In this document: positions 55,655 to 64,000 of the stretch, one piece after another
Numbering within the stretch: position 1 is the first letter of the stretch
How the letters are laid out: every line of letters starts with the position of its first letter
Origin: an uncultured Chloroflexia bacterium
GTDB lineage: Bacteria > Chloroflexota > Limnocylindria > Limnocylindrales > CSP1-4
DNA: 64,000 nt
Reading direction: 5' to 3'
NCBI GenBank assembly: GCA_963809375.1
Contig: CAWEJO010000010.1
Span: 325,850 to 389,849 of the forward strand
Program-made: the position numbers and the translations under genes
Notes under the pieces: model-generated
Databases searched by the model: none
What the model was told of the DNA's origin: nothing
What the model saw: only the letters and a program-made list of their open reading frames with translations

Positions 55655-56107
55655 TCAGGGGCGGTGAACGGCCTCGACGGCCCGCCGGAAGGCCGACAGG
55701 GCGACGTCCGCCAGCGCGTTCCCGGTCATCGTCGCGGCGCGCGCGGGCTCCCAGCGCAACGCCAGCTGGACCACGAGCGGCGCCGTCCACGGCCGGCCCT
55801 CGTCCTCCGCCGGGATCGGCAGGCGGATGCGGAGCTGGAGCCGGTCGTCCTCCTCGAGCACGAACCCGGAGAGACCGCCCGAGAGGCGCGGGCCGAGGCG
55901 CGCGAGGGGCGGCTCGGGCGGCGGTCCGGCCGCGGGTGCCATCGCGCGGCAGCTCACGATCCCGCCCGCGTCGGCCACCCACAAGACGGCCAGCCACCAG
56001 CCCTCGATCACGGTCGGACGGTCCATGCCGGCACGCAGGCGCTGGTCGCCGAGCACGACCTCCTGCTCCCGGAGGAACGAGGGACCGGGCGGCGGGATCC
56101 GCGCCAT
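55655..56107 (-). CDS. Hypothetical protein (150 aa)
   Basis: ATG 56107 lies 6 nt after the upstream stop. Composition looks coding, but I recognise no motif. Confidence 0.45.
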   Translation of the reverse strand: MARIPPPGPSFLREQEVVLGDQRLRAGMDRPTVIEGWWLAVLWVADAGGIVSCRAMAPAAGPPPEPPLARLGPRLSGGLSGFVLEEDDRLQLRIRLPIPAEDEGRPWTAPLVVQLALRWEPARAATMTGNALADVALSAFRRAVEAVHRP

Positions 56108-56112
56108 GCCGG

Positions 56113-56574
56113 CTATGCGGATGCTGGCGGGTCGGGTTCCTCGGGCCGCGGATGGCCCGGCGGCAGCGCGTCGGCCTCCGCCCGGCGGAGCGCGGCCTCG
56201 GCCTCGAGGGCGCCGACCTCCGCCTCGAGCTTGGAGCGCTCCGCATCGATCTCGAGGCGCAGCATCTCGCGGCGGACCGCGTCGCCGGGCGGGGCGATCG
56301 CGGGAAGCTGATCGGGGGAGGGGCGCTCGGTGTCGACGCCGCCCATCAGGAGCGACCCGAACGAGGGTGCCTGGGCGCTCAGCGGCCGCCGCGCGATGGC
56401 GAGGGCGTCGACCTCGGTCACGCCGGGGATCGAGCGCGCCTCGGCAGCGTGGAGGATGGCCCCGCAGGCCACGCAGGTCGCCGCCGCCGCGTCGACGAGA
56501 TCGGCCGAGCACCAAGGGCAGCGGGCCGGCTGGGCGTGGTCCGGGGCGGGGGTCGTGGAGGGTTCGTCCGCCAT
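56113..56574 (-). CDS. Zinc-ribbon / coiled-coil protein
   Basis: ATG 56574. CPWC-N13-CVAC, followed by EMLRLEIDAERSKLEAEVGALEAEAALRRAE. Confidence 0.55.
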   Translation of the reverse strand: MADEPSTTPAPDHAQPARCPWCSADLVDAAAATCVACGAILHAAEARSIPGVTEVDALAIARRPLSAQAPSFGSLLMGGVDTERPSPDQLPAIAPPGDAVRREMLRLEIDAERSKLEAEVGALEAEAALRRAEADALPPGHPRPEEPDPPASA

Positions 56575-56692
56575 GGCGCGGATCCTAGCGGAGCCGTCGA
56601 CGTCGGTGCACCCGCCGGAAGTCATCCCCCTCCCGCCTCGGCGCGGCGCGGTCGCGCCGCCGGCGCGGTCGACACCGCGCGGGTTGCGAGGG

Positions 56693-58246
56693 CTACTCCC
56701 ATTCGATGGTGGCCGGCGGCTTGCTGCTGATGTCGTAGACGACCCGGTTGACGCCCGGCACCTCGTTGACGATCCGGGACGAGATCTTCCCCAGGACGTC
56801 ATAGGGCAGCTTCGCCCAGTCCGCGGTCATGCCGTCCTCGGAGGTCACGGCGCGGATCGCGACAACGTTCGCGTACGTGCGCCCGTCGCCCATCACGCCG
56901 ACCGACCGGACCGGGGTCAGGATCGCGAACGACTGCCACAGCGCCCGGTACAGCCCGGCTGCCTTGATCTCGTCGATCACGATCCAGTCGGCCTCGCGCA
57001 GCGTGTCGAGCCGGTCCGCGGTCACCTCGCCGATGATCCGGATCGCGAGGCCGGGACCCGGGAACGGCTGGCGGAAGACCATCGCCTCGGGCAGGCCAAG
57101 CTCGAGGCCGACGAGACGGACCTCGTCCTTGAAGAGGTAGCGCAGCGGCTCGACCAGCTTGAACCGGAGGTCGGCGGGCAGACCGCCGACGTTGTGGTGC
57201 GTCTTGATCTTCTGCGCGGCCTTGGTCTCGGGAGCGGTCGATTCGATGACGTCGGGGTAGAGCGTGCCCTGGGTCAGGAAGTCGATCCGGCCGAGCTTGG
57301 CGGCCTCCTCCTCGAAGACGCGGATGAACTCGTCGCCGATGATCCGCCGCTTGTGCTCGGGGTCGGCGACGCCGGCCAGGCGGGCCAGGAACCGCTGGCG
57401 CGCGTCGACCATCACGAGCTGCATCCCGAGGTTCTGCTCGAAGGTGACGCGCAGCAGCTCGGATTCCTTCTTGCGCATCAGGCCGTGGTCGACGTAGATG
57501 CAGGTCAGGCGATCGCCGACGGCCCGGTGGACGAGCGCCGCGGCCACGGCCGAGTCCACGCCGCCGGACAGGGCGCAGATGACCTTGCCATTCCCGCCGG
57601 TCGCCTTCGCGTGCGCGTCGACACGGGCGCGGATCTCGTTGATCGTCGACTCGACGAAGTTGGCCGGGGTCCAGGTCTGGCGGACGCCCGCGATCTGCGA
57701 CGAGGAAGTTGCGCAGCACGTCGCGACCCCGGGGCGTGTGGACGACCTCGGGGTGGAACTGGATGCCGTACAGGTTGCGGCCGACGTCGACGAGCCCCGC
57801 GTAGGGCGTCGACGCGGTCTGGGCGGTCGAATGGAACCCCTCCGGCAGGCGCGTGATCGAGTCGCCGTGGCTCATCCAGACGGGCTGATCGCGGTCGAGG
57901 CCGGCGAAGAGCCCGCCGTCCTCGGTGATCTGGACGGTGGCCGGCCCGTACTCGCGGCGCGCCGCCGGCAGCACGTCGCCGCCGAGCTCGCGGGCCATCA
58001 GCTGGGCGCCGTAGCAGATCCCGAGGACCGGGATGCTGCCGCGCCAGATCGCCGGATCCGGGCGCGGGGCGCGGCATCGTCGTAGACCGAGTTGGGGCTC
58101 CCCGACAGGATGATCGCGCGAGGGCGGCGCCGGACGATCTCCGCCCAGGGCGTGTCGTGGGGCAGCAGCTCCGAGTACACGTGCAGCTCGCGGACGCGGC
58201 GCGCGATCAGCTGGGCGAACTGGCTGCCGAAGTCGAGGACGATCAC
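56693..58246 (-). CDS. guaA: GMP synthase (glutamine-hydrolysing); two frame breaks (about 58061 and 57695)
   Basis: GATase segment (VLDFGSQF; GICYGAQLM; FHPEV) and ATP-PPase segment (SGGVDSAV .. KPPATIEWE) lie in three frames. Start is GTG 58246, or upstream as far as 58504. Confidence 0.88.
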
Positions 58247-58576
58247 GGTGTCCGGCTCGGCCGCGCTGGCCTCCCCGCGGGGAACGGCGCCGCCGGGGCG
58301 TTCGTGGCCCGGGCGCGCGGCCGGCGGCGCGTTCAGGGCCGTCTCGAGGTAGGCCTCGACCTCGGCGTCGTCGGGAGCGAGGATCCGGTGCCCTGCGTTG
58401 GCCGGCTCACCGTGGACCGTCTTGCCGCGGTCCCGGGCGGGTCGCCCATCGCCCCCGCGCGGCGCTGCCACTCCGTCCGCAGCCTGCTCCTCCGGATCGC
58501 TCAACCGCCGCCTCCCTCGCTCGCCGCGTTTGGGGAAGTGTACCGGCCGGGCGGTCAGCGCCGGCGGACCCGACGG

Positions 58577-59149
58577 CTACTTGTGCGTCGCCTCCCAGTC
58601 GCCGCGCGCCTCGCCGCAGTTGGTCGCGTAGGTGCCGCTCATGCGGCTGCCTGCGATCGGTGCCGTATACGAGACCTCGACCTGCCCGGATACTGCGCCG
58701 AAGGCGATCTTGTCTCCGGAGAGGGTCCCGGTGATCGTCCCGCCGGTCAGGCATGGCGTGCCGTCGATCTTGATCGTGCCCGCCATCGTCTTCCCCTTGC
58801 GCGCCCAGGTGATCTGGAAGGTGCCGGCCGATGTGTCGGGGGTGGAGTTCTGCCACGTGCCGACCCAGGTGCCGTTGAGATCGGTCGGCGCCTCCGAGGG
58901 CCCGATCGTCGGCGTCGGCTGGGCGGTCGGCGTCGGAGCCGAGGTCGCCGGCGCCACCGCAACGGTCGCCGCGGCGGTCGGCGCCGGGGTCGGCTGGGCG
59001 GGCGACGCGCTCGGCGCCGCCGAGGCGACCAGTGCCGCCGGCGTCGGCGATCCGACTGCCGCTGGGGTAGCCGGACCCGGCGTCGCCGCCGTCGTGCAGC
59101 CTCCCGCGATCAACGCGATTCCCACGAGCGCCACCCGCAGCCTGCCCAT
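58577..59149 (-). CDS. Lipoprotein, function unknown
   Basis: ATG 59149 sits behind GGAGGGG. Lipobox LIAGGC, Pro/Ala linker, small C-terminal domain. Confidence 0.65.
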   Translation of the reverse strand: MGRLRVALVGIALIAGGCTTAATPGPATPAAVGSPTPAALVASAAPSASPAQPTPAPTAAATVAVAPATSAPTPTAQPTPTIGPSEAPTDLNGTWVGTWQNSTPDTSAGTFQITWARKGKTMAGTIKIDGTPCLTGGTITGTLSGDKIAFGAVSGQVEVSYTAPIAGSRMSGTYATNCGEARGDWEATHK

Positions 59150-59507
59150 CGGAAGCCCCTCCAGCACTGCGCCGTCCACGGCGGCGAGACCGCGGATTCT
59201 TCTCCTCCCGCTCGCCTGCGCAAGGACTCGTTCCGTGAAGGATTCGCTATGCGAACGCCCGGGCTCGCGGGACGGTCAAGACCCGGCCCGGGCGACCGAT
59301 ACCTCGGACGCCCGACACGCGATCGTGGGGTCGACAACGCGACTGCCGGTCCGAGCCAGTCGGGCGGGCCGGACGGCCGGGGCGCGGCCCCGAGCGCCTG
59401 ATCGCCCGGTGTTCGTCCCGCCGGGCGCGCCTCCGCCCGCCCGCCCGCCCGCACGGACCGCCAGCACCGGAACCGCCCGAGGAGCCAATCGAGATGAGCC
59501 GCCTGAG

Positions 59508-61737
59508 ATGAGCCCCCTGCTCGCATTCGTCGCCGCCCTTGCCGTGGCCGCCGGCTGCACGCTCGGGGCGGTCCGGGCGCTCGGTGCCCGGGGGGTCACG
59601 TTCCAGGTTGCCATGCTCATGGTCGCGGTCGGCTCCGCGTGGGCCACCGCCGGATTCGCGATCGGGACCCAGGGCCTGACCTTCCTCACGGCGATCGTCG
59701 CCGGGTGCGCTGGAGCCGTGACGGGCTGCGCTCTCTGGCTCGCCGCGCGCCGGATCGTCGGGCCGGTCCGCGAGACGGCCGCCGCCCTTCGGGTGCTGGC
59801 CGGGGGAGGCGCTCCCGGCCCCGTCGCGCCGGGCGGCTGGCAGGAAGTCGGTGAGATGCGTGCCTCGCTGGCCGCGCTGGTCGCGCTCCTCGCCGCCTAC
59901 CGCGCCGTCATGCAGCGGATCGGGACCGGCGACCTCACGGTCGAGGTCGTGCGCGGCCTCGCCCGACGACGAGGTCGCCCAGTCGCTCACGGCGATGGTC
60001 AACGGGCTGCGCTCGAAGATCGACGCCATGGCGACGACGGCCCACGACCTGGGCTCCGAGTTCGGCCGGGTCAGCGAGGCTTCGGAGATCGCGTCGCGGT
60101 CGATCGAGCAGGTCACCTCGCGGCTGGTGGCCGTCACCAACGACACTGCGGAGGAGGTGGGACACCTCTTCGTGATGAGCGACGCCATTGATCGCGTCGC
60201 GCAGGCGATCGATGAGGTGAGCCGCGGCGCAGCCGAGCAGGGCTCGGCGGTGACGGAGGCCGCCGCGGTCACCGACCGGATCACCGGCCAGATCGGCCGG
60301 GTCGCCGAGAGCGCCGAGGCGGGCGCCGCCGCGACGACCGAGGCGGTCGCGACCGCCCGCAGCGGGGCGGCGACCATCGAGGCGAACCTGCAGCGCATGG
60401 AGAGCATCCGCAACTCGACCCGTCGGGTCCAGGAGAAGGTCGACCTGATGGGCGAGCGATCCGGCCAGATCGGCTCGATCCTCGAGACGATCGAAGGCAT
60501 CGCAGACCAGACCAACCTCCTCGCCCTCAATGCGGCAATCGAGGCTGCCCGGGCTGGCGAGCACGGCAAGGGGTTCGCGGTGGTGGCCGAGGAGGTACGC
60601 AAGCTCGCCGAGCAGTCCGCCCTCGCGACCAAGGAGATCGCCGGCCTGATCCACGCCATCCGGCAGACGGTGGCCGAGGCCGTCCTCGCCATCGAGGCCG
60701 AGGCCCGCGAGGTGGAGACCGGGGCCGCCCACAGCCACGAGGCCGCCGCGGCGCTCGCCGGCATCGTCGCGACGGTCGACGCCATCCGGGGCCGCATGAC
60801 GGAGATCTCGGCCGCCACCCAGGAGATCAGCGGCGCGACCTCGACGCTCGCGGCGACGATGTCCACTGTCTCCAGCGTCGTCGAGGAGAACACGATCGCG
60901 ACGCGGGAGATCGGGGCGAAGGCCGGCGAGGTGCGCGATGCCGTCGCTGCCTACGTCGAGCTGAGCGACAAGGCGACCGCCTCGCTCTCGGAGGTCAACG
61001 CGGCAGCCCGCGAGACGTTCGAGCAGGAGGCCGGCGTCAGCGCCTCGATCGACCGCATGGGCGTGCTCGCCACGGCGCTCGAGCAGCAGGTCATCCGGCT
61101 CACCACGGCGAAGGTGAGCGGCAAGGTCAGCCGGGGAAACGCCCTCCTCGGCCGGCTCGACTTCGTCCGGCAGAAGCACGGCGCCGCGGCCCTCGCGCGG
61201 GTCCTCCAGCGAGTCGATCCCGAGCAGCGCCGCATCCTCGGCGGTCAGATCGAGCCCGACGGGGCCTACCCGCCGGAGCTGCTCGGCGCCCTGACCGACG
61301 CGATCAAGCAGGAGCTCGGCGGGGGCCGCGACGACATCCTGCGCGAGATGACCCGCTTCCGGGCCAGGTTCGACATCCAGCCCGGGGCTCCGCTCGCGCG
61401 CCACTTCCGGGCCGGCGATCCCGGGTTCATCGTCCGGCGGATGGACCTCTGCCTGCGCCACAACTGGGGCGACGGCGTGATCGTACAGAACACCGAGGTC
61501 GGGGCGGACCACATCCGCATGCAGGTCGACATGGGCCGCAAGCAGCCTCGCGAGCGCTGCACGTACAACCACGTCGGCTGGATGGAAGGCGTGATGGACG
61601 CGGCCGGCGGCGTGCCGCACATCCGCAAGACGGCGTGCATGCACGACGGGGCGCCGTTCTGCGAGTACGACATCACCTGGGAGATTGCCGACCGCGGCGC
61701 CGCCGGCGCGTCCGCCCGAGCCGGCCGGGCGGCCTGA
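59508..61737 (+). CDS. Methyl-accepting chemotaxis protein with a C-terminal V4R-like sensor domain; frame broken near 59955
   Basis: TM helices plus a HAMP-like region in frame 3. MCP signalling core [37 protein letters not shown] in frame 1. C-terminal ..[19 protein letters not shown]. Confidence 0.85.
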
Positions 61738-62045
61738 CAAAGGGCTCGACCAGGCGGACAGGATCGGCGTCCCGCGCAGCCATCCTCCACTGAGGTCCGG
61801 GACGCGCTGAACTCGCACGTCGGCGGGGCGTGCGGCAGCCTCGCCGACGCAGCGGTGACCCCGCGCACCACCTGCCCGCCAGGCGCCATCGCGACCGGCA
61901 GAGCTGCGGCGTATGCTCTGCGGCCCGGCGGTCTGGCCCGCGTGGATTGATTTTTCGGTCCATTCGGCCCTTGTCGTGGACTGTCGGCTATCCTAGGCGC
62001 GGGCCGGTAGCGTGACCGGCGAGAGGTGAGGAAAAGGGGACTCCG

Positions 62046-62858
62046 ATGACCGCATCCAGGTCATTCGGCCGTGCGCGCCTGCGCTCGGCCGCGCTGGCGC
62101 TCGGGATGAGCGCCGTCGTGATCGGTGGGCTTGCCACGCTGGGCGTCAGCCCCGTTGCTGCCGCCGACACGGTCGAGGCAACCAACGTCAAGGTCTCGTC
62201 CGCCACGGTCTACCCGATCGTCGACGGCTACCGCGACAGCGTGTCGGCGACGGGCCTCCGGGCCGAGCCGATCTCCGTCGCGATCACCGTCCGGAACGCC
62301 AAGGGCAAGGCCGTCCGGGCCGCCACCGTCGCGCTCGGCTCGGGTGCATACGCCTGGACGTGGAACGGCAGGAGCGCCGCCAACAAGGTCGTGCCGGCGG
62401 GCAAGTACACAATCACCCAGAGCCTCCGGGATTCGGCCGGCACCACCAAGGTGGTGAAGTCGACCGTCACGGTGTCGCTCAAGCGCCTCGTCCGGAAGAC
62501 GTTCTCGCAGACCAAGACCCTCGCGCAGCGGGCGTGGACCGGGTTCGACGGCGCCGCCACGGGCTGGACGTTCAGCCTGCCGGCAGGCGCCCAGTACCGA
62601 ACGGTGACCGCAAAGGTGTACGGGCGGGGCACCTCGGCGGCGTTCGCGGTCCGCCTTCGCGCCTGCACTGGCGGCGACTGGAACCTCGACTGCTACGACG
62701 GCATCAAGGAGCTCGCGCCGACCCTCGCGTGGTACGCGTCAGCCGTTCCCGGTGCGACGCACGTCAGCCCGTCGCGCCAGGTCCGGGTCGTGGCCGTGGT
62801 CTTCGAAGGCGCCATCCAGAAGGTCAGCATCACGCTGGGCTACTCAGTCCTCCAGTGA
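62046..62858 (+). CDS. Secreted protein with one FlgD-Ig-like module
   Basis: Signal peptide ..VSPVAAAD. Module YPIVDGYRDSV..WTWNGRSAANKVVPAGKYT. Confidence 0.65.
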   Translation: MTASRSFGRARLRSAALALGMSAVVIGGLATLGVSPVAAADTVEATNVKVSSATVYPIVDGYRDSVSATGLRAEPISVAITVRNAKGKAVRAATVALGSGAYAWTWNGRSAANKVVPAGKYTITQSLRDSAGTTKVVKSTVTVSLKRLVRKTFSQTKTLAQRAWTGFDGAATGWTFSLPAGAQYRTVTAKVYGRGTSAAFAVRLRACTGGDWNLDCYDGIKELAPTLAWYASAVPGATHVSPSRQVRVVAVVFEGAIQKVSITLGYSVLQ

Positions 62859-63242
62859 CGGCGCCGGCGAGGCCGGTGGAGCGTCCGGCCCACCGCCCGC
62901 CGGCTCAAGTCGGAAGGCAGGACCGGCGCCGAGGCTCTCGGCCGGGGTGCCGTACTTGAGAATGAGCGACACGACGGCCCGGGATTTGGCCGGGCCGTCG
63001 AGCTCGTGCGCCACGCAGGTCAGCGTCACGTCGCGGAGCAGGACCGAGCAGGAAGGCTCGGCTCGAAGGTTGGCAGCCCAGTTCGCCTCGGTGTCGCCGG
63101 CCGCCACCAGCAGCGAGCCGTCCGGATCCTCGGCGAACCCGATGACCGCGAGCGCCGGCTGGCCGCTCACCCGGCCGCGCGTCGTCAGGGCGAGCGCCTT
63201 GCCCCAGGCGACGAGATCCGCCCCGTACGGGTCGCGGATCAC
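62844..63242 (-). CDS. Nitroreductase-family deazaflavin (F420)-dependent oxidoreductase-like (DDN/PNPOx fold)
   Basis: GTG 63242 overlaps the upstream stop. Motifs LTTRGRVSGQP and GDTEANWAANLRAEPS. Confidence 0.7.
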   Translation of the reverse strand: MIRDPYGADLVAWGKALALTTRGRVSGQPALAVIGFAEDPDGSLLVAAGDTEANWAANLRAEPSCSVLLRDVTLTCVAHELDGPAKSRAVVSLILKYGTPAESLGAGPAFRLEPAGGGPDAPPASPAPSLED

Positions 63243-64000
63243 CGCCCGCGGATCTGCCAGGACTTGCCCTCGGTGGCGACCGACGGCGCGTAGACGATCT
63301 CGACCTGCTGCATCTCGCGAAGCGTGCGCGCCCCGAGCGCGGCCATCGATTGGCGCAGGGCGCCCACCAGGTTCTCGGTTCCGTCGGTGACGTTCGACGG
63401 CCCGAAGAGGATCCTGGCCATCGGGCCGATGGTGCCGACCGTGATCCGGGTCCCGCGCGGCAGCACCGGCGACGGCGTCGCCATGCCCCAGTTCGTGCCA
63501 CGGCCGGGCGCCTCGTCGGCTCGCGCGAGCGGCGAGCCGAGCATCACGACATCGGCGCCCGCCGCGATCGCCTTGGCGATGTCGCCGCCCCGCTTCATCC
63601 CGCCGTCGGCGACGACCGGGACCCGCCGGCCGGTCTCCGCGAGATAGGCGTCGCGAGCGGCGGCGACGTCCGCGATCGCGGTGACCTGGGGAACCCCGAT
63701 CCCGAGCACCTCGCGCGTCGTGCAGGCGGCGCCCGGCCCGACCCCCACGAAGACGGCCGCGGCTCCCTGCTCCATCAGCAGGTAGGCTGCCTCGGCACTG
63801 GTGGTGTTGCCGACGGCGACCGGGATCGGCATGAGCCGGGTGAACTCGGCAAGGCTGAGCGGCTCGTAGTCGGTCGCGATGTGGCGCGCGCTGCTGACCT
63901 GGCTCTGGACGAGGAAGGCGTCGGCGCCGTGCTCGGCGCACGACGGCCCGTAGCGCCTCGCCACGCCGGGCGTCGCCGAGAGCACCGCCCGCGAGCCCGC
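63239..64000 (-). CDS. IMP dehydrogenase family protein (GuaB3-like), 5' end outside the window
   Basis: TIM-barrel motifs [34 protein letters not shown] and GRGTNWGMA. The ORF runs off the window edge. Confidence 0.8.
   Translation of the reverse strand, partial: AGSRAVLSATPGVARRYGPSCAEHGADAFLVQSQVSSARHIATDYEPLSLAEFTRLMPIPVAVGNTTSAEAAYLLMEQGAAAVFVGVGPGAACTTREVLGIGVPQVTAIADVAAARDAYLAETGRRVPVVADGGMKRGGDIAKAIAAGADVVMLGSPLARADEAPGRGTNWGMATPSPVLPRGTRITVGTIGPMARILFGPSNVTDGTENLVGALRQSMAALGARTLREMQQVEIVYAPSVATEGKSWQIRGR

Noticed and set aside
51767-56311. Very long ORFs: 51767..56311 (+, 1514 aa), 38430..41735 (+, 1101 aa), 18355..21501 (-, 1048 aa), 8786..11323 (-, 845 aa), and most of 11560..14385.
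   Set aside because: Their sequences are Arg/Gly/Pro/Asp-rich and low-complexity, with no motifs. They lie antisense or out of frame to genes with clear family motifs. This is the expected artefact of very high GC content, where stop codons are rare.
58247-58504. 84-aa N-terminal extension of guaA from ATG 58504.
   Set aside because: GMP synthases normally start a few residues before the VLDFGSQF strand. The extension has no recognisable motif. It is kept as an alternative start only.

Overview
Very GC-rich bacterial chromosomal segment. All six frames stay open for long stretches, so most long ORFs in the track are spurious Arg/Pro/Gly-rich antisense or out-of-frame readings. I kept only frames with recognisable family motifs. 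All homology calls come from motif recognition by eye; no searches were run. Gene content (UPF0182, GuaB3-like, DDN/F420-like, DUF3048, MreBC, RadC) suggests a high-GC Terrabacteria/actinobacteria-like lineage.

Layout:
- 1-3283: a dienelactone hydrolase gene followed by a repeat-laden island carrying one HTH + PD-(D/E)xK nuclease-fold gene.
- 3284-17778: lysC, birA, an ECF sigma/anti-sigma pair, then a fatty-acid/ACCase supercluster (accD-accA-BCCP-like-accC, fabZ-phosphoesterase-fabF-accB-fabH, fabG) interrupted by a HepT/MntA toxin-antitoxin pair.
- 17806-35050: nucleotide-sugar and glycan genes (a WbpA/B/E/D/I-like set, glycosyltransferases, polyprenol-P-mannose synthase) plus HAD/FGGY/GH42/DUF3048.
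- 35179-41726: two very large secreted multidomain proteins.
- 41954-45418: rmlCDBA.
- 45516-49846: mreC, mreB, radC, CPBP protease.
- 49972-58246: membrane and zinc-ribbon proteins, UPF0182, guaA.
- 58577-64000: lipoprotein, an MCP with a C-terminal V4R-like domain, a small secreted Ig-module protein, a DDN-like gene and a partial GuaB3-like gene.

No rRNA, tRNA or CRISPR could be supported.

Main hunt results:
1. The 1177-3283 island has an array / palindromes / HTH-nuclease gene / palindromes / array symmetry, built on a GTGCAC-N3-GTGCAC palindrome.
2. A lysine-less BCCP paralog sits inside the acc operon.
3. At least 17 single-base frame breaks fall in otherwise well-conserved, partly essential genes. 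These are most likely consensus indel errors.
4. The MntA, MCP and secreted-protein domain architectures are unusual.
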